DNA of 64,000 nt from the human T2T-CHM13v2.0 reference genome, Homo sapiens, in NCBI RefSeq assembly GCF_009914755.1, contig NC_060926.1. One strand, given 5' to 3'. The notes beneath the pieces were generated by a model. That model worked only from the letters and a program-made list of their open reading frames with translations, had not been told where the DNA came from and ran no database searches. A program made the position numbers and the translations under genes. This document shows positions 31,536 to 43,995 of this stretch, piece by piece. Within the stretch, counting starts at the first letter, position 1; every line of letters begins with the position of its first letter.

Positions 31536-31660
31536 CATATGTGTGTGTGCATGTTAGTTTAGATACATACACACATACATACACACATGTACAGTTTTAC
31601 ACACATAGATACACACGCACATATATACACACATATACATACACATGTATATCTATATCT
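31536..31660. repeat. Degenerate (CA/TA)n low-complexity tract
   Basis: atacatacacacatacatacacacatgtac... Confidence 0.85.
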
Positions 31661-34047
31661 GTAATTTGAAACGGGCCCCTCCATGTACTCAAACAAAATG
31701 ATATATAATTAAATGACATTCTGTAGAGAAAACAGGAGAAAAAATGGGAGTTGGAATTGCTGCCATGGCCTAGTGGAGGAGGAGGAGGAGAAACTGCCTT
31801 TATCAATCCTTGTATTAAAAGAAGTGTTCAAGGAGCCCGAAATTAGTTCAAGGTTGATGAGATGTTAGGTCATAAGGGAAGAAAGAAAACCCTGAGTTTC
31901 AGCCAGGAACGGTTGAAATTAATCCTGTAGGCATTTAAGGAACATAAGTCATTAATTTAAAGAATTATGCTCTAGGAAGTTTAATCGGGTGCTATCCAAG
32001 TGTGAGGCAAACTACACTTAGTATAGAGATGCTGTTTGTCACAAGCTAGGGGTAAGTGGTAAGCACCTATGTCCAAGGGAAGGAAGAACTGGGAGGAATC
32101 TGGATCCTGGATATATGGAGGATGAAGAGTCGGGGATGCTGAGCCCCAGTAACTGGGAACATGATGGTGCAGCTGCATAAACAGGAATCCAGGAAGAAGA
32201 AGCCAGTCTCTCTCTCTCTCTTCCTAAGTTAAAAATAAAAGAAGATGTTAACTCTGTTTATGAATTCATTTTTCCCAAAGTTGAAGTGATTCAACAGAAG
32301 AACTCACAGCAGGTTTAGTAACATGATAATCAAGAAGTATATGGTCATAAATCTTGTGAGTTTGTGAGGAATCTTCTATATGCTACCTTTTTGTCTTGGA
32401 CCATAAGACAGGTTTGCCAGAACCAAATCCAACTTCAAGCCTGAAGGTGGGGATACCCCTTTCTAATCAGTCCATCACTCATATTGTTTTTATTCTTGGC
32501 AACGTGACCTTAAATTTTTTCAAGGTTAATCTGTGGAAAAAACAAAATTGATGACAAATTTTCATGAAAATACAATGGTCCTGAAAGCTAGGTTCAGGAA
32601 CATGAGATTGGAGTAATTCAGGACCCTGTTGGAGGGTGGTGAAGAAAAGCAGGCATTACATCCTGATATAAAAAGTATTTTTCAAACAACATTACAGGAA
32701 ATTTCAAAATATCTCTTGTATCACCTATTAGTATAGGAGCATGATCTGAATATTGTGCAAGGATTGGAAGATGACTCTTCATGGACCAAACACAAAAGTC
32801 AAAAGCTTTGACCTGTGAATTTAAGATGCTGCTAGAGAATCCAATCATTGGGAAAAAAAATAAGAGATTCAGCATTATGGTGTTAATATGTTTTAAAATT
32901 GTACTAGCAGATGTGATTGAATATTGAGGGAGAAAAATATGTTCATATGTGACTTGGGAACAGTCAACGAGTGGGAGCCAATGGAAAAAACAATAGGAAA
33001 AGATTGAAAAAGGAACAGGAGATATTTGAAGAAAGAGTAAGAATTACAGCAACATAAGCTTCTCTCTACTCTTCAGCCAGAAGAAAAATCTGGTTATAAA
33101 TCCACTGCCACCAAATCCATCCCTTTGAATTTGGTATAATTTGCATGAGAAATTCTTATTCTTATAAAATCAGGTTAGTGACTCTTAATTTAAAATATAA
33201 GTTGTCCTAAATTAACACTGTACCTCAGTGAATTAGATTATGCCAACACGATCTACTTATTAAGTGAATCTCAGCAAGAATATTTAATGAAAAAGGTCTA
33301 GATGATTTGAACCATCCTAAGTGATCCATTGAAATAGTTAAAAGGCACTGTTTCTATATGCAGACCAAAAGTCCTTTAATAAAAGAGTATGACATGCCAA
33401 AAGTTCAGCATTGCATGGTACCTGTGGTCCAGCCAAAATAATAACTTCTAATAGCATTTTTGAATCGGTTCCAATGCATTGTGAAAATGCTTAGAATTCC
33501 AAAGTACCATAGTTTTTTTTTTTAAATCCACCAGTAATTACCAAAGATATTTGCATTTGCAGTCACCTTGTATATTTTGTGCTATGATTAGCTTTTTCTT
33601 AAGGACAAACTTCAGACGATTCAGAGGTTAAATTTAGCTAAATTGTTAGGATAGGAAAAACATCTAAATTTTTTTCTACATGTAATTTCATCAAATTTGT
33701 ACCAATGTGATTCCCTTTCCCCAGTCCTATTTTCTTCAAAGCATCTTTCTTAATGCAAAATAGTATTGCACCTCCATATTCCTCTCTTCAATTTTCAAAC
33801 AATCCCAAAGGTGAATATATATTAAGAAATTCTTCTACTTCTTTTACTTGTCTACTGACGTCACTGGACTTTACCAGCCAAGTAACTTTGGTAAAAGTTA
33901 AGTCAATCAAAGTATGTATTACTTTCTAAGGAAATCCAAACTTCTGTAAATCTGTGAATTCCTAATGTAGACAATTGTTTCTGGCAGCCTGAGACATTTT
34001 TAATTTTTAGAAAATAATTTTTAGAAGGTATTTCATGTTAAGACTAA

Positions 34048-34650
34048 AAATTCAATAGATATTATTGAATGTCTACTACATGTGGGTATCATGACAGGTG
34101 TTATTGGGAAGAGTGGGTGTGGTAAAATTCTAGAAAGAAAAAAATGATCTCCTCCATCTAAGATTTATATATGTATACTAGGGGAAGATAGATATGTAAA
34201 TGAAAGTCTGATACAAACCAAAATGTACTGTTAAAAATTGGAAGCATAATGGAGATATGAAGGAGAGAAAGATGAAAACCAAGTGGGTGAGTTTAAGCTA
34301 TATTTCTTAACTAAAAGGGCATTTGAGCTAGCACTTGAAGGAATGTAGATAAGTGAACTTCATTCAAAATGGACATGCCGAGGAAGGAAAATAGCATAAA
34401 GGAATATTGAGGCACAAAAATGCAGGCTTCATAGAAAGGCGAGTATTTGCGTGATTGGGACATAGGATATATTGTGAAGCTGTGCAAAAGTGGTTGAGGG
34501 TATAGCAAGAAGGATCTTAAAGGGAAAAATAAAATAAATGGTCAAATAGATTCCATTGAAGATATTTAAGCAGGAGAATTACATATAGGAGCTGTGTTTG
34601 AGAAGATGACTTAAAACTTGTATACTATGATCTGAACAATGAGGAGACAA
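34048..34650 (-). mobile_element. L2 remnant
   Basis: attcaatagatattattgaatgtctacta...catttgagct...ttgaagga...tttaagcaggaga. Confidence 0.65.
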
Positions 34651-35654
34651 TTTGGTTTTCTTTCTTATATAAATGGTTTTTACATTAAAACTAGTTGTTT
34701 TAAAAAATAGTTGCTATACTTTAGTCCAACAACATGATCCATGTATCCAGATATTTTCAGAATTAACTATCTTAAATTGAGAGTAAACACCCCTTCTGCT
34801 AATTTACAATGTCTTTGATGTAATGACTCCCTAACAATTCAACAAGAGTCTCAAGAACATAACTTTATATTTTCCTTCCCGTTTCTGCCTTAAGTTGACA
34901 TCTCTTTGAAATTTCAGAATCATTCTTAATGTGTTCCATGAAATCAAAGGGAAAACTCAGAGAAATGTAGGATGATGACTATTGATCTCTACTGTTTCTT
35001 TCTTTAAAAAACCTTTTCCTCAGAAATATTTGTCAATTAAAAGTGTCATCCTGTATATAATTCATCATCTCTCAAGAAGCAGTCAGGTTATCCATGTACT
35101 TTTTATAACTCTACTTTTATCAGTGTTTACATCCATGGTCAAATTCTCTTCACTAAATGGTCAAATTATAATAATAATTATTTATTTTCTCTATTAGTTA
35201 TTGTCAAAATCTAATGACTGTTGTATTTGTTAGAAAATGCTCTAGGATAATAATACTCTCTAAAGTCCAGTGAATCAACACATTTTGTTACCTTTACATT
35301 TTTGTTCTCAACTTCAACATTAAGTTTGAACATAAAACATATTTACTTATTCACTTTTTGACCTGCTAATAAAGAATTTAATTGATCATGAACAACCACA
35401 TGGAGAACAAACTTATGGGACCGGTTACTAATTTATTAATTTTTCAAACTCAGGTTTTTTATTTAAATTAATAATGTTTACCTGTGAGCTACTTCTCTCT
35501 TGCAAACAATAATATGAAGTAGTATTTCTTGAAGTTTGAAAAATCACTGAATATTTTATATATTGAAAGCCACAAATGCAAAATAGATGAAGTTTGTGAC
35601 ATTCTGGGTCAGGGTGGGCCTTTGGGAGGCAAGGTTCCACCCCCTTAGGCATCC

Positions 35655-35790
35655 ATTTATCATTTATTCAATAAATATTTTTGATTCCTAGTTTGGTCCA
35701 ACATTGTGCTAAGTGCTGGAAATAAGAATGAGGAGGCAAACCCAAGGCCCCTGCAGTTTGTGATTTAGTTGAGAGAGAGACATCAATAAC
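35655..35790 (-). mobile_element. L2 3' end
   Basis: catttattcaataaatattttt...attgtgctaagtgctggaaata. Confidence 0.75.
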
Positions 35791-36989
35791 AACAACAATT
35801 TCAACAACAAACACACACACACATACACAAATAAACATGCAATGGCAACTGTGATGATTAACAAAAAGCAATGTGACATACACTTATAGCATACTGTAAT
35901 GAGAGTAGAATTAAATGAAGCCACAGTATACAAAAATATCTTATTTTTACATATAATGCATAGTAATAATTCCTATTCCATTATATTCTATTCCTTTAAC
36001 ATAAAATTCTACAGTGACTTGATTTAAAACCCTTTAAGCTTCACTACCTGCGATTTTACAGAAAGCTCCATTAAAGTTTTTTCATTATAAAAACATCTTC
36101 CTATCTGATTTTGCACATAAAAATGTGGGGCCATTTTGTTGGGCTGCCCTCACCTCCTTTATTCATGTGTGTGAGATGAGTGGTCTGAGAACAAAAAGGA
36201 TTGGTAATAGAATGGTGCCTGTTAGAGTAGTGTACAGTGTGGCTGCTTGCAGGTTCCTCTGCAGTGTTTCCCTTAGTCTTAGCCTTTGTTGCCACTGTTT
36301 CATCAAAAATAATATATTCAATATTTCTTTTCTGCTTCACTATGCCAGCAATGTTTAAAGGAATACTAAAAGGAAAGTACTGCTACTAATGATGGGTCAC
36401 TTCAATAGAAAGAGAGTGTGGGGTTTCCCGAAGGCTTCTGAAATGCATCTGTTTACCCCTTTCTCATTCTCTCCTTACTCAAATGCAGCAGAAAAATCAA
36501 ACCTTCCAAAATGTTACTTGATGTTCTTGCTGCTCCACCACCACAGAGCCTATTTTCCTCACTGTCACCTCCTTCTTTCCCTTCTAGGATCATTAAGTTT
36601 CCTCTTCTAGGTCTCTTAGCTGGATTCCCTAGGCAGCTCTTTTCCCCAGCCAGCCCTACCCCAAACAAACTCCTTGGGTAAACAACTGTGCAATCTTACT
36701 GCTAATGCAAAGAACAACAGAGTGGGAGAAATGGAGAAAATGGTATACGGAGAGAAGACAAAGCCCATGGATCCATTATTTCAGGGATTTTGTGGACTGT
36801 TCAGGACTTCTTCAGACAGCTGGTAAATATTGTACTTCTTTACCAAGAAGAGACTGGTTTGTGTTTTCGTAAGAAATATGTTGCTATAGTGCACCTGTTT
36901 GAATATTCTGTACTGGTAATTTATATCCAGGTGATGAGTAATGTGAAAATCTGTCATTTATTTTAAATTGTTTAAAAAATTAACTAACA

Positions 36990-37245
36990 TAACATCTATA
37001 TATTATAACACTGTATCATATACTTAAATATGTTTTAAGAAGGTAGATCTTGAGTTAAGTGTTCCTTTCACAAAATAATAATAATAAATAAGAGAGCTAG
37101 GGGAAACATTTGAAGGTAATAGGCAGGTTCATGATATAGAATGTGAGGATGGCTTTATTACCACATATCTTTAAACTCATCAAACTATAATTGTTAATTA
37201 TGCATAGTTTTTATGTAAATACATAAATAATGGTAAGAAAAAAAT
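36990..37245 (+). mobile_element. L1MB-type 3' UTR end
   Basis: aagaaggtagatcttgagttaagtgttc...aaactcatcaa. Confidence 0.75.
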
Positions 37246-38294
37246 ATGGTAATCCATCACCATCCAAAATCCCTGCCCTGGTTTGAGCAGAGACTTTGAA
37301 AAGAAATAGTATTGTTTTCTTACTCAGTTCTACAGCTGTTTGTGGAACTGGTAAACATTGGGTAAAAGCACTGGTCAAAATACCTTCATTTAGGATTATT
37401 TGCAATTATCACAAGAGCAACTCTTAGAAAAAGTGAGACGTGTGTGCACACACACACACACAATTTAAAATAATAGCATGAGTAATAACATACCTAAGAA
37501 GAAAATACCTTCTAAATAAAACATACTGCTCAAAATATTTGTTCGTTTTCAGTTTTACAGGGAGAATGGAAAGTTTTGTTTATATTTGAGTCCCAAAAAG
37601 GTTTATACGGAAATAATTTGATGATATAATTGCTAAATGAGAAAAAAATGTTATAGCCCTTTCCATATTTCAGGCACGGAAAAATAACTCTCTTGAAAAG
37701 TGTCTTTTAAATTATTTCAAATACTATCTGGAGTCAAATACTTTCTTCTGTTTAAGAAATAAGATAAACTATAATACATGGATAAAATTTACTTTAAAAT
37801 TTTAAATAACTATATGTGAAAGAAATTTCTTAAAGGACTCACACTTGCCAAGGTTGTGGTTTACAGGAAAAACTTGAGGATTTGAGGGTCTTGGGTATTT
37901 CCAACTTAGTAAGATTGTTTTCCTCCACCACCATAGTAAATGAACACTAACTGTTTAGAGAAATCAGGTTTTTAAGTTGGTGCTTTATGTGTGTAGGTAT
38001 TCCATTTTGCTAAGAGTGGCATTTGGTGCTCACATTTTCTAAAATGCCAACAGCAATTAAAGGCCTGTATCCACTTTGCTCTTTTGTCTTAGTTCTACAA
38101 GCAGGCCATAAACTGTAGGACTGTAAGAAGGATGGTGTTCCAACATGTATTTTTTCAGTGTACACGTCCCAAATGATTAGTTGACTTAGCTAGGAGGGCA
38201 GCCCTTCACTGGGGCTCGGCCACTTATATCTGCAGCTTCAGGCTAGTTGCTAAGTAATAGGCATTACTATTAATTAGCCTCTAGTGTTAAGACA

Positions 38295-38515
38295 TAGTTT
38301 ATCATTTTATCAAATTTCATTTAATAATCTCTATGACAGTGTGAATTAGGCAAGGAAGTATTTTCTCTTGATTACAGATGAGGGGCTGAGGATCAGAGAT
38401 TAAATTACTTACCAGAGCTAGTTAGCTCAACTAGCCCATAGGCTAAGGAGCCACTGGCTTAGAATCCAGATGTCCTGATGAGACATCTTTTACTCTTTCT
38501 ACTCTACTGTAAGCC
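38295..38515 (-). mobile_element. MIR
   Basis: ttcatttaat...ttacagatgaggggctgaggatcagagattaaattactt. Confidence 0.75.
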
Positions 38516-38663
38516 TCCTGCTTAATGTTGACTGGCTTAATGTCATATTTTCTCACTTGGAGAATGAGAAATAGAGTTCTCTGTAAGGCTAATCTCTGCT
38601 CTAAAATTCTGTGAATCTTATTACTTGAACACGTGCTTTGAAATCAAAGTTGATTGGCCTGGT

Positions 38664-38860
38664 CTGGTGGTTTCCAAAGCGTGGTCTTTGCATCAGTGTC
38701 ATCTGAAATGTATCAGCGTCATCTGAAATGTATCAGCATCATCTAGAAATGAAAACTTGGGCTTCACCCCAGTGCTATTGAATCAGAAACCCTAAGGGTG
38801 AGGCCCATCAGTGTGAGTTTTAAGAACCCCTGTGGGTAATTTTGAGGCTCTCTGAGCCTG
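38664..38860. mobile_element. MER5A with internal 20-bp triplication
   Basis: tggtttccaaagcgtggtc...tgaatcagaaacc...gaggcccatca. Confidence 0.75.
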
Positions 38861-38903
38861 GCCTATTCAGAGTCTCATTAATATGCTTACAGCAGTTGGT
38901 CAT

Positions 38904-39251
38904 TAATATGGTTTGGCTTTGTGTCCCCACCCAAATCTCACTTTGAATTGTAATAATCCCCATGTGTTGAGGGTGGGGCCAGGTGGAGATAATTGAATCA
39001 TGGGGGTGGTTTCCCCCATACTGTTCTCTCGTGATAGTGAGTCTCTGATGGTTTTATAAATGAGAGTTCCCCTGCACAAGCTCTTTTGCCTGCCACCATG
39101 TAAGACATGACTTTGTTCCTCATTCACCTTCTGCCATGATTGTGAGACCTCCCCAGCCACATGGAACTGTGAGTCAATTAAACCTCTTTCCCTTATAAAT
39201 TACCCAGTCTTGGGTATGTCTTTATTAACAGCATGAGAACTGACAAATACA
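38904..39251 (+). mobile_element. THE1C-like MaLR solo LTR
   Basis: atatggtttggct...cacccaaatctca...aattacccagtcttgggtatgtctttatt...aataca; perfect 5-bp TSD GTCAT. Confidence 0.95.
38990..39000 (+). promoter_or_regulatory. DUX4-type motif TAATTGAATCA within THE1 LTR
   Basis: Fits the double-homeodomain consensus TAAYYBAATCA; binding not shown. Confidence 0.6.
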
Positions 39252-39684
39252 GTCATTAACTCTCAAACCATGTTAGCAACTTCATTTCTAAGTTAGGTTT
39301 GTGCTCATCTTCACCCAGCAGCATTTTTAGAAAGGTTACTTGAGAGGGAGGCAGACTTAGATGTCTCTAAGATGAATGTACTCCCTTTAGACTCTGGCTT
39401 TATGTTATTTTCCAGAGGAGTGTTTAAAAGCTGGACAATGGTGGGGAGGAGCCAGAGATTATTGGTGGGAGGGGTGTGTGTGAGTCCCTGTTGTATTCAT
39501 TTATCCAGGAAAAACACATAAAATGTATTTAAATTCAGTCCCCTCTTACTGAATCTCACAGCCTTGCACTCAGGGCAATCACAGAAAGGGAGAGATGGAT
39601 ATTTTCCAAATTGCTCAAATGACTTGGGCAAAAGAGGAGAGAAGCATGCCATTACCTCAAAAAGCTTCAGAAGCCCTTAGGTCA

Positions 39685-39921
39685 AGGTTTCTCGGCGTGA
39701 CTGACATTCTGGACTGGATGAGTTTTTGCTGATGCAGCTGCCCTGTGCATGTTAGAATATTTGGCAGCATCCATGGCCTCTAATCATTAGATGCTAGTAG
39801 CCACACCCCTCCCCCAGTCATGACAGTCAGAACTATCTCTAGATATTGCCAAATGTCTCCTTGTGGGCGGTGGTAAAACTGCCCCCACTTCTCTCCTACC
39901 CCCATTTGGTTGAGAACTAGC
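39685..39921. mobile_element. MER20 hAT MITE
   Basis: gccctgtgcat...gcagcatccatggcctct...tagatgctagtagc...ttgccaaatgtc...ggttgagaac. Confidence 0.88.
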
Positions 39922-41208
39922 ACCCTGCGGAATTCCCTTTATCACTTTCTCCTTATCATGAGGCCACCCACCCTTGAGCAAGGTGCGTGGTGCCCTGGCT
40001 GGAATAGCCATTATCCACCAAGCCTTCCTTCTCCTGGCTATTATTTTAGAACAAGTGTGAAAAAGAGGAGACCCAGATTTTTGAGAAGCTTGGCTGCTCT
40101 GCTTGGAAAATAAATTAGCAGTGAGAGGTAGACTGTAAAACCAAGAGGGTATTCAGCACTCCTATGCTCCTGGCAACAGCGGCCTCTGAAAGAATAGCTA
40201 AGGGTAGGAGCTATGGGAGTGCATGAGCTGAAAAGAAAACTGCCAGCTATTAGTGATTCTGTAGGAGGTAAATGTTCTAAGCTTTGATGCTACTGAGAAT
40301 TCTCTGAAGGCCTGTGCAAACAGCCCCAGTGTGAGGAGCAGGCAGGCGCAGGCACTGAGCCTTGCCTGCTGCTGAGCTGGGCTTATGGTATTAGGTACAC
40401 TTGATCTCTGCTTCCAAATCCCACTGATTTTCTCCATGGAGAAATTTGTGTCTCATAAATAACCTCTGAAATAACCTCCGGGTTTGTTTCCAGGCATTGC
40501 TCATCTAAATTCATTGTACTCGTTCAAAGCAATTGTAGCTATTTTATAATGCAGAATAAGAAACCCATCAGGGCCTACTTTGTAGGTGAGTTGGCTGGAG
40601 ACCATGCTCTCTTTGAGGTTCTGATAGGATATTCTCCCTTCACAGTTCAACCTCCCTGGGCCCTCCCCTTTGGGAAAATTATCAGATACCAGCCATTAAC
40701 TCCTCCTCCCTACAGATCTGAGTTCCAGCTATTCCCTAGAATTCCCTACATTTAAACATTTTAAATGGGAAGGGCCCTACAGTTAAGGGAACTTTAGCCA
40801 GTAGTGCAGGAGAACACCACTGGGATTGGAAAACATATGAGTAGCACTTTTGAAATTATAGGTAGACAAAAGTCACATATTGCTGTCTGGTAATCAAGGC
40901 CAGCCTGGTGCTCTTATCTCCTCCAGTTTAGATTCTCTTGAACACCCTCTGGGGAATGAGTAGGCTTTCCCTGGCTGCACTTCCCTCTCATTGGGAAGGA
41001 GAATATTGGCATAGTCTCTGCTTTGCACCAGGAGTCAGTAAATGCTGGCCTGGCCTTGGCCACAAGCTAGTATTTCGGCAGGAAGTAAATGGAGTGGACA
41101 GTGCACATACATGAGATCTCTCAGGAACACTGGTCTTCAGGCCCATGATGGCCCTCACAGCTCCCCTGGACCTCTGCCGTAGCCTCGAGCCTCCTTTCTC
41201 ATTTCTAA

Positions 41209-41523
<315 letters not shown>

Positions 41524-42249
41524 AACTTTCAACCTGATAGATTTTATTTAGGAATTTTGAATTAGCTTTGCTAGACCAGCTTTATCCATACAACACAGAC
41601 ATAGTATTTATTTATGGGGATGTTTGTTCATAGATATATAGATATATTTTAGCAGTCACTATTTTCTATCCCCCTTTCTGATATCCTCCACCCACACCCA
41701 CATACAGATTATCAATTTTATAGGTGGCATTTCTAAGTTTTATTGGTTTTAACCAAATCCTCTATTCGCTTTCTCTATGTATGATGGCACATCTGTTTAT
41801 GGCATTGGCTGAAGCTTAGCTGACATTCCCAAAGTGCTTGGTGTAAGAGGAAGGGGCCCATCTGGGACTAGAAAAGAAAATCTGGACTCAGCATTCACAA
41901 AGTTCTCTTTGTTCTCCTAGGAAGTTTCTTCTGACCCATATCCACGGATCATTATACAGGCTAAATCAAAATTTATGTATTTCCTTTGCATAATCCTGCT
42001 ACTGCTTAGAAAAAGGAATGACAGAAAAATCTTAATCATTCTCCCACAGAGCTTGAAGGTGAACAAACATGCTTGGCAGCTTATGCCTAATGAAGTCATA
42101 AGTGCCAGGAAAAGAATGATAATCCTTAACCTTTAAAAATAAAATAAAACAGATTTTGTTTATTTAACTTAAGAAAAAAGTTAGACTGCTCATTTTATAA
42201 GCCAATCACATAAACATAACAGAATCTTTATTTCATCTGTTTTATATGA

Positions 42250-42536
<287 letters not shown>

Positions 42537-43036
42537 TTTGACAGGATTTTAGGCATGAGCCACCACATCCAGCCTTTGATAGGATTTTTATTTCCCAAAC
42601 TTCCTGAACAGGTGGGTTTCCCTTTGGCTTCTCTCTAAGAGACACTCTTTTGGGACAGACTTTAGACAGTTTTCATAGTCTACAGAACCAAGTCATGAAA
42701 TTAATTCTTCTACAATGGTTGGTGAGTTTGATTTTATTAGTAATATTGAAATAGGGACTTCCTTTAAAGAGCAGCTTTGCTCAAAACCACATAGTAAATA
42801 GGGAAGTGTGCCACCCAGGTAAGGAAATGAATGCTTACCAGCACAGCTTTGCTAAGAATCCAGGCAGAAGAACTGCTCTAACTTCATCTGCAAAATGATT
42901 TCATGACTGATGATGTCAATGGTCAACTGAAATAATAGGTTTTCCTCACTCACCAGCACGTTTTACTCCAAAGTCTGCATCGTACTTATATTTTTGTAAA
43001 AGATTTTCTCATATATAAGAGGCTCCCCTTTTTCCC

Positions 43037-43361
43037 CTTTTTCTTTCTTTCTTTCTTTTATTTATTTATTTTTTTTAAGAGTTTTGCTTTGTCACCCAGG
43101 CTGGAGTGCAGTGATGATGCCATCTTGGCTCACTGCAATCTTCACCTCCTGTGTTCAAGCAATTCTCCTGCCTCAGCCTCCCGAGTAGCTGGGATTACAG
43201 GTGCCCGCCACCATACCTCTCTACTTTTTTTTTGTATTTTTAGTAGAGATGGGATTTCACCATGTTGGCCAGGGTGGTCTTGAACTCCTGACCTCAGATG
43301 ATCCACCCGCCTTGGCCTCCCAAATGGTTGAGATTACAGGTGTGAGTCATCGTGCCCGGTC
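43037..43361 (-). mobile_element. Alu (AluS type)
   Basis: Full length; TSD tccccttttt. Confidence 0.95.
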
Positions 43362-43610
43362 TCCCCTTTTTCTAAGATTCACCTGTAGCTGGTAATTAAT
43401 CATAAAATAAGACAATAGATTCCTGTTTTCCTTTCTTACTAAAAGTCTAATAATTTATTTCTCCTTTTAGAGAGGAAACAAGTACCAGCTTTTGCCATAT
43501 TCTGAAATACCCAACTTTCTCTAGTAATCTGGAGTCATATGGCTAGGATGTGGATGTGTAAGCCAGCAGGGTATCCTCCTTCTGAAAACGGGGGTTGAAC
43601 TCACACAGTG

Positions 43611-43793
43611 CAAGGATTCTCAACCCTTAACTGGCAAATATAAGGCCCTTGAGAATTGTCTAAACAAATACCAGTGTCCTGGGACCTTGACCCAGATCAA
43701 ATAATAGATATCTGTGGGGATGGATTCCAGCACCAGCGTTTTTTAAAGCTCCCCGGGGTGGATCCAATGTATAGCCAAGTTTGAGAACTGCTG
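43611..43793. mobile_element. MER5A-type MITE
   Basis: attctcaacc...aagctccccggggtggatccaatgtatagccaagtttgagaactgctg. Confidence 0.8.
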
Positions 43794-43804
43794 AGTTACA
43801 AGCT

Positions 43805-43995
43805 CATTTTCCAAAGGGTGTTCATAGTTCTGAGAATCCTGGAAAAACAGTTTGAGAAACAATGCAAACTGTGAAAGGTTCTTAGATGTTCACAATGCAC
43901 ATTCTGATATTGTTCATCCAAGTGACCTGCAGTTAAGAAACCTCCTGAACTGTCTTTGACAAGTCAAACTGTGTTTGACTTGACTATGAATCTCC
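43805..43995. mobile_element. hAT-Charlie MITE remnant (MER112-like)
   Basis: ttccaaagggtgttc...ttcacaatgcacatt...ctgcagttaagaaacc. Confidence 0.5.

Noticed and set aside
38689-38749. CRISPR-like direct repeats
   Set aside because: Contiguous tandem units with no spacers, in primate DNA with no cas genes
43960-43982. 10-bp stem caagtcaaac/gtttgacttg
   Set aside because: Lies within a hAT MITE remnant, where internal inverted repeats are expected
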